This document shows positions 30,210-41,948 of a stretch of DNA of 64,000 nt, one piece after another. The notes under the pieces were generated by a model. That model was not told the origin of the DNA. It saw only the letters and a list, made by a program, of their open reading frames with translations, and did not search any database. The translations under genes and the position numbers were made by a program. Numbering within the stretch: the stretch's first letter is position 1; every line of letters begins with the position of its first letter. Source of the stretch: an uncultured Chloroflexia bacterium (GTDB lineage: Bacteria; Chloroflexota; Anaerolineae; CG2-30-64-16); contig CAVZDU010000001.1 in the NCBI GenBank assembly GCA_963774265.1, forward strand, positions 704,001 to 768,000, in the 5' to 3' direction.

Positions 30210-30216
30210 AGCGCGT

Positions 30217-30249
30217 ACGTGCCGGGCACCACGGAAGCGCCCGGCACGT
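30217..30249. terminator. Hairpin between convergent genes
   Basis: ACGTGCCGGGC/GCCCGGCACGT inverted repeat. Confidence 0.5.
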
Positions 30250-30265
30250 GGTGCCTGACCGCTTG

Positions 30266-31561
30266 CTAGGTCCAGTGTTGCTGTTTAGCGAAGTGCAGTA
30301 GTTCATCTCGGAACTGCGGCGCAGCGATCTTCACGAGCGCATGGACGCGCTCGCGTACGCTCCGTGCAAACAAGTCCGCTACACCATATTCTGTCACGAT
30401 GTAGCGCACATGATTGCGCGTGGTCACCACACCCGCGCCCGGTTTCAGCATCGGCACGATCCGGCTGATTGTTCCATCCTTCGCAGTTGCGGGCAGCGCG
30501 ATGATGGGCATCCCACCCGGTGAGCGCAGCGCACCGTACATGAAGTCCATCTGACCTCCCACGCCGCTATAGAACAGTGTCCCGATCGAATCAGCGCATA
30601 CCTGTCCCGTTAGATCCACTTCCAACGCCGAGTTGATAGCGACTTGCTTGTTGTTCTGAGCGATCACGAAGGGATCATTTACATAATCCTGTGGATGGAA
30701 CTCGAACAATGGGTTGTTATCCATATAGTCGTATAGCCGCTGTGAGCCCAGGGCAAACCCGGCAACGCATTTCCCCTTGTGGATTGTCTTCGCTGCGTTG
30801 GTCAGCACGCCGGTCTCGATCAGCTCGATGACTCCGTCGGAGAAGAGCTCCGTGTGAACGCCCAGGTCCTTCTTATCCTTCAGGTATAACAGCACTGCGT
30901 CCGGGATTTCGCCGATGCCCATCTGCATGGTCGCGCCATTCGGGATCAAATCGGCGATGTTGGCCGCGATCTGTTTCTGCAGCTCACCCGGCGAGCCCAT
31001 CGGGACTTCGACAATGGGATAGCTGACCGGCACGATGTGCGTCAGCCGGCTGACGTGGATGAAGCTATCACCCAGCGCGCGCGGCATCTGGTCGTTTACT
31101 TCAGCGATCACGATGTCGGCTGACTCAGCAGCCGGCTTGGTCAGACCCACTTCGACGCCAAATGTGCAATAGCCATGCTCGTCCGGCGGAGAACAGTGGA
31201 TCATCGCGACCTTTGGTTTCAGCAGGCTGGGGTCGCGAAGCGCACGCGGGATCTGGCTCAGGAAGATCGGCGTGAAATCCGCTCGTCCGTCATTGACTGC
31301 CTTGCGCACGTTGTGGCTGATGAATAAGGAATTGACGCGTAGGTGCCCTTCCATCTCCGGCGCGACATACTCGGCGGGGCCGATCGTCAGCACCTGGACG
31401 ATCTCGACATCTTCCAGCTCGGTCGCGCGGCGGACGAGCGCACCTAACAATTCCTTGGGCACACTGCAATTGCCGGTCATAAAAATGCGATCGTGCGACT
31501 TGATCTCCTGGACCGCCATGTCGGCGGAACACAACTTGTTATGGTAGGAGGGCGCTCTCAT
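30266..31561 (-). CDS. Acetyl-CoA hydrolase/transferase (4-hydroxybutyrate CoA-transferase family)
   Basis: 'QMGIGEIP', 'LGVHTE', 'EVDLTGQ', 'SGVGGQMDF', 'VTEYGVA'. Confidence 0.92.
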   Translation of the reverse strand: MRAPSYHNKLCSADMAVQEIKSHDRIFMTGNCSVPKELLGALVRRATELEDVEIVQVLTIGPAEYVAPEMEGHLRVNSLFISHNVRKAVNDGRADFTPIFLSQIPRALRDPSLLKPKVAMIHCSPPDEHGYCTFGVEVGLTKPAAESADIVIAEVNDQMPRALGDSFIHVSRLTHIVPVSYPIVEVPMGSPGELQKQIAANIADLIPNGATMQMGIGEIPDAVLLYLKDKKDLGVHTELFSDGVIELIETGVLTNAAKTIHKGKCVAGFALGSQRLYDYMDNNPLFEFHPQDYVNDPFVIAQNNKQVAINSALEVDLTGQVCADSIGTLFYSGVGGQMDFMYGALRSPGGMPIIALPATAKDGTISRIVPMLKPGAGVVTTRNHVRYIVTEYGVADLFARSVRERVHALVKIAAPQFRDELLHFAKQQHWT

Positions 31562-32649
31562 CCAATACCTCCGAGCGACTCGCGCAAGGCCGGGTGCACG
31601 ATTTTGCCGTCATAGGTGTTCAGCCCGTGGCGCAGGGCCCGGTCGCTGGTAAGCGCCTGGTTCAAACCTTTATTGGCGATCTCTTGGATGTAGGGCCAGG
31701 CGGCGTTGTTGACCGCGTGGGTGGTGGTGCGAGCAATCACGCCGGTCATATTTGGCACACAGTAGTGGATAACCCCTTCCTCAATGTAGGTGGGATTCTG
31801 ATAGGTGGTGGGATGGCTTGTCTCCACGCAACCGCCCTGATCGATAGAGATGTCCATGATGACAGAGCGGGGCTTCATCGTGCGCACCATCTCGCGCGTC
31901 ACGACGTGGGGCGTCCGGGCGCCGGGGATGAGCACCGCGCCCACCAGGACATCCGCTCGCTTGACCGCGCGCGCCACGTTGAAGTCATAGGCCACGATGG
32001 TGTCCACGAGGCAACCGCGATCCTCAAGTTCCTGCAGTCGGCGCACGTCCGCATCCAGGATGGTGACATGCGCTCCCGCAGCCTTAAACATGCGGGCCGC
32101 GTTTGCGCCCACGATGCCTGCGCCGAGGATGATCACTCTCGCGGGCGGAACACCGGGCACACCTCCCAGCAAGATGCCATGGCCGCCCTCATTATTTTGA
32201 AGCAATTGGGCTGCGATTGAGGCGATCATGCGGCCGGCAATCTGGCTGGCCGCGGCCAGAACGGGCAGATGCCCTTGCCCATCCTGAATGGTCTCGTAAG
32301 CAATCGCCGTGATCTTGCGCTCAAGCAACAATTCGACCTTGCGGGGGTGAGCGACTGCGAGGTGCAAAAATCCGCACAGCGTTTGTCCCGGGTGCAGCAG
32401 CTCAAATTCGGGCAGCAGGGGGCGCGAGACAATAAGGATCATATCGGAGCGGCCGTACACCTCCTCGACAGAGTAGACGATTTGCGCGCCGGCGTTGCGG
32501 TAACGCTCGTCGTCGAATCCGCTGCCTTGCCCGGCGTCGCGCTCGACATAGACGCGGTGGCCCTGGTGCGTCAGAATTTCCACCCCCATAGGCGTCAATC
32601 CCGCGCGATAGTCAAAAGGTCGTTTTTGCTTGGGGATTCCGATGTCCAT
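31558..32649 (-). CDS. ald: Alanine dehydrogenase
   Basis: 'IGIPK', 'FLHLA', 'IAYET', 'IAGR', 'GAGIVG', 'IDQGGC.ETS.PTT', 'HYCVPNM'. Confidence 0.9.
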   Translation of the reverse strand: MDIGIPKQKRPFDYRAGLTPMGVEILTHQGHRVYVERDAGQGSGFDDERYRNAGAQIVYSVEEVYGRSDMILIVSRPLLPEFELLHPGQTLCGFLHLAVAHPRKVELLLERKITAIAYETIQDGQGHLPVLAAASQIAGRMIASIAAQLLQNNEGGHGILLGGVPGVPPARVIILGAGIVGANAARMFKAAGAHVTILDADVRRLQELEDRGCLVDTIVAYDFNVARAVKRADVLVGAVLIPGARTPHVVTREMVRTMKPRSVIMDISIDQGGCVETSHPTTYQNPTYIEEGVIHYCVPNMTGVIARTTTHAVNNAAWPYIQEIANKGLNQALTSDRALRHGLNTYDGKIVHPALRESLGGIG

Positions 32650-32708
32650 GAAGTGCCTCCTCTTTGAGGTGAGCGTCCTGTGGACCGGCCTTCAATTCGG
32701 GGCCGGCA

Positions 32709-34046
32709 TCACCCATCCAGCCAGCGGCGGATCGCGTCTTTTACGGTTGTAGCTTCGGCGGGCAGTTCCACCGGTGGGTTGCGCTGCCGTGAAACGATGT
32801 CAGCGAGCGTTCCTTCGTGGTAGCCTACTTTGAATTCGCTGAACTTCAGGCCGTGTGCTGTGGAGATGACCACCACGCGTTGTCCCGGTTCAATTACGCC
32901 TTGCGCGGCGAGCTTGCGCGCGACCGCCAGAGCCACACCCGTGTGCGGATCGGCGAACAGTCCACGCCGGTCGGCCAGGGCGCAGGCGTCCGCCAGCTCG
33001 TCCTCGCTGGCCTGCTCCACGACGCCGCCGAAATCGCGTAAAGCGAGGACTGCCTTCTCATAACTGACAGGATTGCCGATCCGAATGGCAGATGCGGCGG
33101 TCGAGCCTGCCGTTATGGGTTCCAGCCGGTCAAACCCTCGCCGATACGCCAGATACAAGGGATTGGCGCGCTGCGCCTGCGCTGCAGCTAAGCGCGGCAA
33201 CCGGTCGATCAGGCCGAGCGCCTTCGCCATCGCCAGCCCCTTAGCCAGCGCTGAGATGTTGCCCAGGTTTCCGGACGGAAGGACGATCCAGTCGGGCGCG
33301 GACCAGTCGAGCTGTTGGATGATCTCAATGCCGACCGTCTTCTGGCCCTCGACGCGAAGCGAGTTCATCGAGTTAGCCAGGTAGATCGAATCGTCCTGCG
33401 TGACCTCCTGGACAATTCGCATGCAGCCATCGAAGTCCGTGTCCAGCGCCAGGACGCGCGCGCCGTGTGCGATGGGCTGGATGAGCTGCGCCGTGGTGAT
33501 CTTGCCCTTCGGCAGAAAAACAATGGTGGGGATGCCGGCCGCTGCGCCGTAGGCGGCCAGCGCGGCCGAGGTGTCGCCGGTCGATGCGCAGGCTACGGCG
33601 CGCACAGCCGTGTTTCCGGTCGCCATGATATGGTTGACCGCGCTGACCAGCACGGTCATGCCCAGGTCTTTGAACGAACCGGTATGGCTGATGCCGCACT
33701 GTTTGACCCACAGCTCGTCCAGTCCAAGATCGCCGGCCAGGCGCGGCACGGGCAGGAGCGGCGTCCACCCTTCGCCCAGCGTGACGATGCGATCCGTCTT
33801 GATCTGCGGCAGCACCCACTCCTGTTTCGCCCAGACGCCCGAAGCCCCGTGCCGCAAGTTGAACAGGGTGCGCCAAGCGCCACCATCGCGAGCGCTGGCC
33901 AGGGCGGCCTCATCGTGTGCTACTTCCAGAAGCCCGCCGCACTTGGGGCAGCGGTAGATCACGCTGAATACATCATAGTGGCCTGTGCAGCCGCGTACGC
34001 AGCGGTAGGAGGCCGTGAGTGGGCAGTGGTGTTCTGGCACGTTCAC
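32709..34046 (-). CDS. thrC: Threonine synthase
   Basis: 'TLGEGWTPL', 'HTGSFKDLG', 'CASTGDTSA', '[13 protein letters not shown]', 'STAHGLKF'; start approximate. Confidence 0.92.
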   Translation of the reverse strand: MNVPEHHCPLTASYRCVRGCTGHYDVFSVIYRCPKCGGLLEVAHDEAALASARDGGAWRTLFNLRHGASGVWAKQEWVLPQIKTDRIVTLGEGWTPLLPVPRLAGDLGLDELWVKQCGISHTGSFKDLGMTVLVSAVNHIMATGNTAVRAVACASTGDTSAALAAYGAAAGIPTIVFLPKGKITTAQLIQPIAHGARVLALDTDFDGCMRIVQEVTQDDSIYLANSMNSLRVEGQKTVGIEIIQQLDWSAPDWIVLPSGNLGNISALAKGLAMAKALGLIDRLPRLAAAQAQRANPLYLAYRRGFDRLEPITAGSTAASAIRIGNPVSYEKAVLALRDFGGVVEQASEDELADACALADRRGLFADPHTGVALAVARKLAAQGVIEPGQRVVVISTAHGLKFSEFKVGYHEGTLADIVSRQRNPPVELPAEATTVKDAIRRWLDG

Positions 34047-34068
34047 ATCCAACGATTGTTTGACGCTG

Positions 34069-34097
34069 AGTGTAGCACTAGCGGTCCGTTTGGGCAA
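34069..34097 (-). promoter_or_regulatory. Sigma70 promoter of thrC
   Basis: TTGCCC-17 nt-TACACT with extended TG. Confidence 0.55.
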
Positions 34098-34170
34098 AGC
34101 CCGTCCGTTCTTGTTAGCACAAATGAAATGGACTAGAATGATCCTGAGGAGTTGCGAAAGGCTACCCACC

Positions 34171-34659
34171 ATGGTCGATCCCCAACAGTCGCTACTGACA
34201 CCCACTGATCTGGCGCGGTTTATTGCCGAGCACCGGATCGATGCGCAGATTGTGCCCGTAGGGATGGAGACTCCTACCGTGCCCGCGGCCGCCGCGGCGC
34301 TCGGCGTCCAGGCAGCGCAGATCATCAAAACGCTCCTCTTCCTGGTCAAGGACGAGGCGGTCGTGGTGATTGCGAGCGGCGACACGATCGTGGATCGGCG
34401 GCCGCTGGCCGGCCGGTTCGGCGTGGGCAAGAAGCAGGTGAAGCTGGCCGATTCGCAAACCGTGATGCGCGTTACCGGCTATCCGGTCGGCGGCGTGCCC
34501 CCCTTCGGACACGCGATGTCAGCACCCGTGTTCCTGGATGAGCAGATCCGCATTTGGGGAGTGGTCTACGGCGGCGGCGGCGACGATCATACGCTGCTGC
34601 GGGTCCCGACCTCCGAATTGGCGCGCATCACGCTTGGGGAATGGATCGCATTATCATGA
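34171..34659 (+). CDS. YbaK/EbsC aminoacyl-tRNA deacylase family protein
   Basis: 'AAAALGV..AQIIKTL', '[12 protein letters not shown]', 'YGGGG'. Confidence 0.9.
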   Translation: MVDPQQSLLTPTDLARFIAEHRIDAQIVPVGMETPTVPAAAAALGVQAAQIIKTLLFLVKDEAVVVIASGDTIVDRRPLAGRFGVGKKQVKLADSQTVMRVTGYPVGGVPPFGHAMSAPVFLDEQIRIWGVVYGGGGDDHTLLRVPTSELARITLGEWIALS

Positions 34660-34660
34660 T

Positions 34661-35867
34661 TCAGAACTGCCCCTGCATCGAACCAGCGTATCCGGTCAGT
34701 TCGACATAGCCATCGCCAGACACTGCCCGCGCACCCAGGGTTCCCGTGACCCGGACAGCACCCTCCCAGTACGAGTAGGACACATTCATTTCCTGGTCCT
34801 GAAGGTGCGGTGTGATTGTCAGGCTCAGCTCCGCAGAAGGGATATCCAGCCGCCAACCCGACGGATATTCTGCGTCGGTGTGTGGGCTGCGCCAGCGCCC
34901 CGTGGTTTGAAGTGAGAAGTAGGGGCGGCCCTCGCGGCCGCCCTCCTCCGTCGTCAGAGTCAGTGTCGCTCCGCTTGCGGCAATAAGCGTCCCGCTCGAG
35001 AAAGCATCGACGCTGCCATCATTGCGGCGCAATTGGAATACCATCAATTCAGTGTCGTTATCGAGCTGGATGCTAAACCAGTCCCACCCCACCTGCTCGC
35101 GACCCAGAGCGCTTGTGCTGTATTCGTGATCCATCCATCCCAGGCCGCTCACGGTGAGGGTCTTGCCCTGCACCGTCACCGTGCCCTCCGCCGCCATGCG
35201 CGTCAGGCTGTAGTAGATGGAGGCGTTGGTCGTCTCCTCTCCCTTTTGCGAGTACCCCTGGTCGCCCTGCAGGACGGGGCCCTTCATGTCCGTTAGCTCG
35301 AGATTGAGCTGGATATCACCCGCGGCCGCGGTCAGCCTTTGGGGCGCCATGCGATAGGGTAAACTCCGGCTTCCCAGGACTGCTTCGCCCGTCACCGACC
35401 AATCTTCCAGCCAGACGCGAAACGGCTCGGCCTGCGCGCCGGCAACGCCGCCTGCGCCCCGCGCCAACTTCTCAAAGGCGGTGTGCCTGCCACCCGCTAC
35501 GTCGGTGATTGCGAAGTGCGCCATATAGACCTGGTCTGCCGCCCAGTCAGAGGTGCGCGCCGCGCGTTGGTCCGGCGGTGTGAGCGCACGGCGAAAGAAC
35601 GTGAGTTGATACCCGAAGTGCTCGCCGTTTTCGCTCTGGAGATTGCCTGTGTAGTACCACCACTCGGTCTGGTAATCCTCGTGCGGCCCGTGATCCTGCG
35701 GGAACTGGGGTACGATTCCGGGCTGCGCCTGCGCAAACCCAGCCGTGTCCGCCGGAGCGGCCTCGGCCACCAGGCTCGCGCGCACCTCGCGTCCGTTCGC
35801 GCGGCCACACCGCCCAAGTCGCAGCCGCGACGGCCACTACCACCATTACAATCCAGATCCGTTTCAT
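34661..35867 (-). CDS. AttH/CrtC-like lipocalin-fold secreted protein (frameshift near N-terminus)
   Basis: 'FPQDHGPH...EWWYYTGNL', 'WMDHE', 'GWDWF', 'YWEG', 'GYVELTGY'. Confidence 0.88.
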
Positions 35868-38437
35868 TCGCCCCTCAATGCCTCGGCCGCAGCCATTCGG
35901 CCCAGCCGGAGCGCTGGATACGCGCCGGCTAACAACGCGGCCACTACTGCCAGGGCCAGCGCCTGGGCAAAGACCTTGGGATCCGCAAAGAGCTGCATCG
36001 TCCACCCGAACGAGCGCCGGTTGATGATGAAGATCAGCACGACCGCCAGGGCTAAGCCGGTCGGCATTGCCAGCAGCCCTGCCACTGTCCCCATCAGTCC
36101 GGTCTCCAGGAACACCAGCCCGCGCAACTGCCCTACGGTCAGCCCCACCGCGCGCAGCAGTCCCAGCTCGCGCGCCCGTTCGAGTTGCAGCGAAAGCAGC
36201 GCGGCCAGCACGCCGATGAACGCCACTACGGCGGCAAGCAACTGCAGCGCGCCCGTGATGGCGAACGCTCGATCAAACACGGCCAGCGCCTCGTCACGCA
36301 GCACCGCATTCGGCCGAACGATGACATCCTGCACGCCCGTCAGCGCACCGCGCAGGCCGTCCACCGTGCGATCAATATCCTCGCCGGGTTCCAGAACCAT
36401 GAAGCACCGCGGTGACCGCCGTGTCATTCCAGTTCGTCCGGTACAGATCGAGCCCCATCATGACGGTGCCCTGGCTGCTGGAATAGTCGCGATAGATGCC
36501 CGCGACAGGAAAGTCCTTGGGGCCGTGGTCGGTGAATAGGGTGACCCTCGCATCGCGGGCCGGCAAGTTGAGACGGTTGGCCAAAGGCTCGCTCGCCAGC
36601 ACTGCACCGTTCTTAACGGCCTGGCGCACATTTTCACGCGTTCCATCGGTCGATACGAAGATCCTTGGCGCCGTGAAGTCCTCATCGGATACGGCCGCAA
36701 TGCCGATCGGCCCTTCGGGCGACGACACATCCGTCGATCGCAGGACGTCCCACCGCGTGACGCCAGGCCATGTGCTCACCACTTCGCTGACGCGCGGGTC
36801 CAGCGGCGCCGGCGAGCGCGTGGCCGTCAGCGCGGGGGCTGACACGTATATGTCGCCCCACAGGGTTTGCCCCAGCCAGGCCTCGACCGTGGTGCGGAAG
36901 CTGCCGACCATCAAACCCACGCCGATTGTCACCGAAACCGCCACCATCAGGGCCGCCACCGCGACAGCGGTTCGGCTCAGCGCACCCGTCACGCTGCGTG
37001 GGGCCATCCGCCCTGTCACGCCGAAGAGCGCGTTGGTCAGCGGCAACACTCGGAGATTGAACACGAGCGTCGCCAGGGGCGCCAGGAACGCGAAACCGAT
37101 GGTGAGCAGGAAGATGCCGCCGAAACTCACAACGAGCGAGCGGGTCGGCAGCAGAAGCAGTACCGCGCCAAGGGCGATCGCCCCCAATCCGGCCAGGGAG
37201 ATGACCGGGATCAGCCGCCGTGCTTTGTCCTCCAGCCCCGAGCGGGTCAACGCCATGCGCGGTGGGACAGTCGATGCCTCCCACGCAGGCAGCGCTGCGG
37301 ATACCACCGTGGCGGTCACCCCCGCGAGCGCACCCTTAATGAGACTTTCCGGTGGGATGACAATACCGCGCACCGTTACCACGAAATAGAGGTCGTTGAT
37401 CGTTTGGGTGACCAACCGCACTGCACCCTGGCCGAGCAGGACGCCCAGTCCCAGGCCCAACGCAGAACCCAGCAACCCCACCAGGGCGGCCTCGCCCAGC
37501 ACCAGCCATGCCACCTCCTGCCGCGTGACGCCCAGGCAGCGCAAGGCGCCGAACAGCGGCCGCCGCTGCACGACCGAAAAGGTCATGGTGTTGTAGATGA
37601 GGAACATGCCGACCACCAGGGCCAGCAAGCTTAAGGCTGTCAGGTTGGTGCGGAATGCAGTCGTCATCTGTTCAACCGCGCCGGTGCGCGCGCGGAGACG
37701 GGGATGATGCGTGCATCGTCGGGCAACAGCGCACGGATCGCATCGAGGCTGGAAGCGTCACCGGGAGGGACGATGAGATCGATGTGGCTCAGCCTGCCCA
37801 CCTGCCCCAGCGTTTCCTGCGCGGTAGCGATATCCGCCAATACGATGCCTTCGAGCGCGCGGCGCGCCAGCCGGTCCTCGGGGCGCAGCAGTCCGGCGAT
37901 GAACCCCGTGGAGGGCCGACCGGCCGCGCTGAATTCGACTGTGTCGCCAAGGCCGAGATTGTAGTCCTCAGCCAGCCCCTCGGAGACAAGCAGCGCGCCG
38001 GGCCGCGTCAAAAATGTGACGAGCTGGCCGATCTCGGCCGGGCTGTTTGCCGAGCCAGCGCTCTCTGCCGCAAGATACGAGCGAAACGGGTCCTCTGCGA
38101 AGGGGTCTATGCCCAGCAATTGGATCGGCCGGTTGCCGAGCTGGGGGGAGATGATGTAATCCGTCACGACCGGCGCACTGGCGATGCCCGTGCCGGTGGT
38201 TCGCAGGCGGGCATAGATCGACTCGTCCAGCCCGGCCGGCCCGCCGATAATCTGGTGTGTCGCCTTGCCCGCGATCGTTTCGGTGCTCAGGTCGAACGCG
38301 CGGCTGGCTGCGCTGTTTGCAAGATCGATCGCCACCATGACGGCTACGCCCAGCGTGATGCCGATGATCATCAGCACAGTCTGCCAGGGATGACGCAGGA
38401 GATAACGCCATCCGACGTTGAAGAGCGCCTGGCTCAC
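35864..38437 (-). CDS. FtsX-like ABC permease, duplicated (AttFG-like); frameshifts near 37685 and 36400
   Basis: 'GITLGVA', '[13 protein letters not shown]', '[13 protein letters not shown]', 'INRRSFGW'. Confidence 0.88.
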
Positions 38438-39360
38438 CGTCCCACTTCGCTCTCGCTTCGCGGATCCTGCCGCGCGGCAGTAGGGGCGGGTCTTGCACCC
38501 GCCCGGCTTGCACCCGCCTGGCTGGCACCCGCCCGGCTTGCACCCGCCCGGCTGGCACCCGCCCGGCTGGCACCCGCCCGGCTGGCACCCGCCCCTACGA
38601 CCGCAGTGGCGAAGCCGGGTTTTGAAGTGGGATCGAATTCCAGCTTTCCATCGCGTAAGTGGTACACACGGTCCGACCAGGCGGCCGATTCGGGGCTGTG
38701 GGTGACCATCAACAGATTTTTGCCCGCCTGCCGCGTCAGCCGGTCCAACAGCGCCAGCACTGACTCCCCGGTGTTCTCATCAAGGTTGCCGGTTGGCTCG
38801 TCGGCCAGCACAAGCTGGGGATCATGGACCAGGGCACGCGCGATGGCGATGCGCTGCTGCTCGCCACCCGAGAGTTTGTCGGGATACGCGCCCGCGCGAT
38901 CCAGCAACCCGACCGCCTGGAGCAATGGTTCGGCCTGTTGGCGCGCGGCTTTCGGCGTCGCGCCGTTTAGTTCGACCGGCAAGGTCACATTTTCAATGAC
39001 CGTCAGGGTGGGAATCAGGTTAAAGAACTGGAACACGAAGCCGATGTGCCGGCGGCGAAACAGGGTGCGATCCCGCTCGCTCATGGCAGTCAGCTCTTGA
39101 CCCCCTATCCACACCTGCCCGCCGTCGGGTCGATCGATCCCGCTTACGACGTTCAACAGCGTGCTTTTGCCGCTCCCGCTCCGGCCGACCAGCGCGACAA
39201 ACTCGCCCCGGCAAAACTCTGCCGATGCGTTCTGGAGCACAACCCGTCGCCGGTCGCCTTCCTGGTAGGCCTTGGAGAGGTTCAGGAGCCGCACGAACGG
39301 GACTCCCGCGTCCGCGGGCTCATTTCCGTTATTTTCGATGGATTTTGGCTGGCGATTCAT
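38434..39360 (-). CDS. ABC transporter ATP-binding protein (LolD/AttE-like) with REP-derived AGASR repeat tail
   Basis: 'GRSGSGKS', 'LSGGEQQR', '[10 protein letters not shown]', 'VTH'. Confidence 0.92.
   Translation of the reverse strand: MNRQPKSIENNGNEPADAGVPFVRLLNLSKAYQEGDRRRVVLQNASAEFCRGEFVALVGRSGSGKSTLLNVVSGIDRPDGGQVWIGGQELTAMSERDRTLFRRRHIGFVFQFFNLIPTLTVIENVTLPVELNGATPKAARQQAEPLLQAVGLLDRAGAYPDKLSGGEQQRIAIARALVHDPQLVLADEPTGNLDENTGESVLALLDRLTRQAGKNLLMVTHSPESAAWSDRVYHLRDGKLEFDPTSKPGFATAVVGAGASRAGASRAGASRAGASRAGASQAGASRAGARPAPTAARQDPRSESEVGR
38480..38598. repeat. GTAG REP palindrome with internal 15-bp tandem expansion (7 cores)
   Basis: GTAGGGGCGGG...CCCGCCCCTAC ends enclosing six GCACCCGCC(C/T)GGCT(T/G) units plus a partial unit. 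Confidence 0.85.
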
Positions 39361-39528
39361 GGCCCAAGCTTAACCGAATGTGGTCTTGCCGGCAGTAAGC
39401 CCACCACCGATTAGACAAAGCTTATACAAGTTCCTCCAAGGGCAGGAGCAAGATGCGCCCAAACATGAAGCCGCACAGGTGACTCTCACTTGTGCGGCCT
39501 CAATTGGCTGTCCTGAGTCAGCAGACAC

Positions 39529-40149
39529 TCATCCCACTGGCGTCGGCACCACCCTTCGGCCCGCCTCAAATGCCCTCCGGTTCAACTCCACGAATTTCGC
39601 CGGCACGCGTTCGGTGATCACCGCGAGCCACGCATCGGCCGTCAGTCCGGGCGCAAGGCCCTCGTGCTCAACCAGGGCAGACAGCGCGCCGAGCAGCACG
39701 ACGTTGGCGGCTTTGGCATTGCCCAGTTCGGCCGCGATCCGCTCGCCTTCTATGTACACGGCCTTGTCCGTGACCTGGCTGATCGCGTTGCGCACCCGTT
39801 CGTCGTCCGGGTAAGGCTGGCCGCCGGATGTCACGGTGATCGGCTCAATGGCCTGCAGATTGACCACAACCAGCGCGTCCCGGCGAAGCTGCCCCAGGCT
39901 GCGCAGCGCCTCCGCTTTTTCGAATGCCAGGTACACGTCCACCTCGCCCGCGCCCACCAGGGGCGAATAGACGACCTTGCCCCAGCGCACGAAACTCGTC
40001 ACGCTGCCCCCGCGCTGCGACATGCCGTGGACCTCGGCCTGCTTGGCCTGGAAGCCGGCCTGCAACCCGACATTCACCAGCACATCGCTCGCCAGGATCG
40101 TCCCCTGGCCTCCCACACCCGCGAGGAGGAAATTAACCGTATCCCTCAT
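39529..40149 (-). CDS. iorB: Indolepyruvate:ferredoxin oxidoreductase beta subunit
   Basis: 'GVGGQG', 'EVHGMSQRGGSV', 'NVVLLGA'. Confidence 0.92.
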   Translation of the reverse strand: MRDTVNFLLAGVGGQGTILASDVLVNVGLQAGFQAKQAEVHGMSQRGGSVTSFVRWGKVVYSPLVGAGEVDVYLAFEKAEALRSLGQLRRDALVVVNLQAIEPITVTSGGQPYPDDERVRNAISQVTDKAVYIEGERIAAELGNAKAANVVLLGALSALVEHEGLAPGLTADAWLAVITERVPAKFVELNRRAFEAGRRVVPTPVG

Positions 40150-40160
40150 CGTTGACCTCC

Positions 40161-41948
40161 TCAATTCGCCGACGGGCGGAATTTAATGGCGTCGCGCGGG
40201 CAGATCTGCGCACACACTTCGCAGCCGGTGCATGCCGCGGCATCGATCAACGCCTTCGGCCGGCCTGTCTTCTCGTCCAGCTCATCGCTCTTCAAGATCG
40301 CAGGACATCCTATGCGGAAACAAAGCGTGCAGCCGTTGCAGACGTCAGCCAGCACCTCCAGCGGCACCCAGCGTTTGCGTGCGGCGGGCAGCAACGCACA
40401 CTCTTCGCGGGTGATCAGCACGGTCGGCTCGTCGAGTTTCAGATACTCCTTGAGCGTCTTCTCGATCTCCTCGACAGCGTACGCGGGTACGGTTTTGACG
40501 TGCCGGATACCGCATGCGCGCACAAGCGGTTCGATTTCGATGACCGGCGCTTCCTGCCCTTGCAGCGTATGCCCGGTGCCCGGGTTCTCCTGATGGCCGG
40601 TCATGCCCGTCACCCGGTTGTCCATGATGATCGTGACGATCGGCGCCTGGTTGTATGCCGCGTTGATGAGCGCCGGGATGCCGGTGTGGAAGAAGGTCGA
40701 GTCGCCCAGCACGGCCACATGGTGCTCGGGGCTGCCGGCCTTGGCCGCGCCGTGCGCCACGCCGATGCTCGAACCCATTGCACCGCAAGTATGGATGGCG
40801 CTCAGCGGCGGGATCATGCCCAGGGTGTAGCAGCCGATGTCGCCGTTGACGGGCACTTTGAGCTTGTTCAGCACGTAAAATGCCCCGCGGTGCGGGCATC
40901 CGGGACACAGCACTGGCGGCCGAGCCGGCAGCTGGCCGACCTGAACGTCGACGAGGGGCACGTGCGCCCCTGCGGGCAACAGGCCTGCGTCGATCGCCGC
41001 TTCGCGCACCACGCGCGGATCGAACTCGCCGACGATCGGGAAAATGGACTTTCCTTCGCAAGGGATGCCCATGAGCCTGACCGCCTCTTCGATGAACGGG
41101 TCGAGCTCCTCGATGACGATCAACCGGTCCACCGATGCGGCGAAATCACGGATCAGCTTCTCGGGGAGCGGCCACGTCATCCCCAGCTTCAGCACCGAAG
41201 CGCCCGGGAAAACCTCTTTGGCGTACTGGTACGAAACGCCCGCGGTGATGATGCCCAGCGACCGGTCACCCGTCTCGATGCGGTTGAAGGGATAGCTCTC
41301 GGCAAAGAGCGCCACGTCCTTCATGCGCTGCTCGATCACCGGGTGGCGCGCTCGCGCGTGGGCCGGCAGCATGACGTACTTGGACAGGTTGCGGGGAAAC
41401 TTGCTGATAATGGCCGGGCGCTCCTGTCGCTCGCCCAACATCACCGCGCTTGCAGAGTGGCAGATGCGCGTGGTCATCCGGAGGAGCACAGGGGTGTCGA
41501 ACTGCTCGCTCAGATCGAACGCGGCCACCATGATGTCCTTGGCTTCCTGGCTGTCGCTCGGCTCCAGGCAGGGGATGCGCGCAAACTTCGCAAAGGTGCG
41601 GTTGTCCTGCTCGTTCTGGCTGGAGTGCATCGCCGGGTCATCGGCGGAGATGATGATCAGGCCCGCCTCCATGCCGGTCATGGACACGTACATGAACGCG
41701 TCCGCGGCGACGTTAAGTCCCACATGCTTCATGGATGCGAATGCGCGGCGGCCGGCATATGCCGCGCCGATCGCGACATCGAGCGCTACCTTTTCGTTCG
41801 TGGCCCACTCGGCATAGACATTGGGGAACCGGGCAAACTCTTCGAGAATTTCGGTGCTGGGGGTTCCAGGATAAGCGGAGGCGACAGCTACGCCCGCCTC
41901 CCACGCGCCGCGCGCTACGGCTTCATCGCCGGAGAGCAATCGGATCAC
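40161..41948 (-). CDS. iorA: Indolepyruvate:ferredoxin oxidoreductase alpha subunit
   Basis: 'YPGTPSTE', 'MKHVGLNVA', 'LCPGCPHR', 'GDIGCY', 'GDSTF', two C-terminal ferredoxin motifs. Confidence 0.95.
   Translation of the reverse strand: MIRLLSGDEAVARGAWEAGVAVASAYPGTPSTEILEEFARFPNVYAEWATNEKVALDVAIGAAYAGRRAFASMKHVGLNVAADAFMYVSMTGMEAGLIIISADDPAMHSSQNEQDNRTFAKFARIPCLEPSDSQEAKDIMVAAFDLSEQFDTPVLLRMTTRICHSASAVMLGERQERPAIISKFPRNLSKYVMLPAHARARHPVIEQRMKDVALFAESYPFNRIETGDRSLGIITAGVSYQYAKEVFPGASVLKLGMTWPLPEKLIRDFAASVDRLIVIEELDPFIEEAVRLMGIPCEGKSIFPIVGEFDPRVVREAAIDAGLLPAGAHVPLVDVQVGQLPARPPVLCPGCPHRGAFYVLNKLKVPVNGDIGCYTLGMIPPLSAIHTCGAMGSSIGVAHGAAKAGSPEHHVAVLGDSTFFHTGIPALINAAYNQAPIVTIIMDNRVTGMTGHQENPGTGHTLQGQEAPVIEIEPLVRACGIRHVKTVPAYAVEEIEKTLKEYLKLDEPTVLITREECALLPAARKRWVPLEVLADVCNGCTLCFRIGCPAILKSDELDEKTGRPKALIDAAACTGCEVCAQICPRDAIKFRPSAN

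Noticed and set aside
38480-38598. CRISPR array
   Set aside because: The 15-bp units are directly adjacent with no unique spacers, and no cas genes are present.
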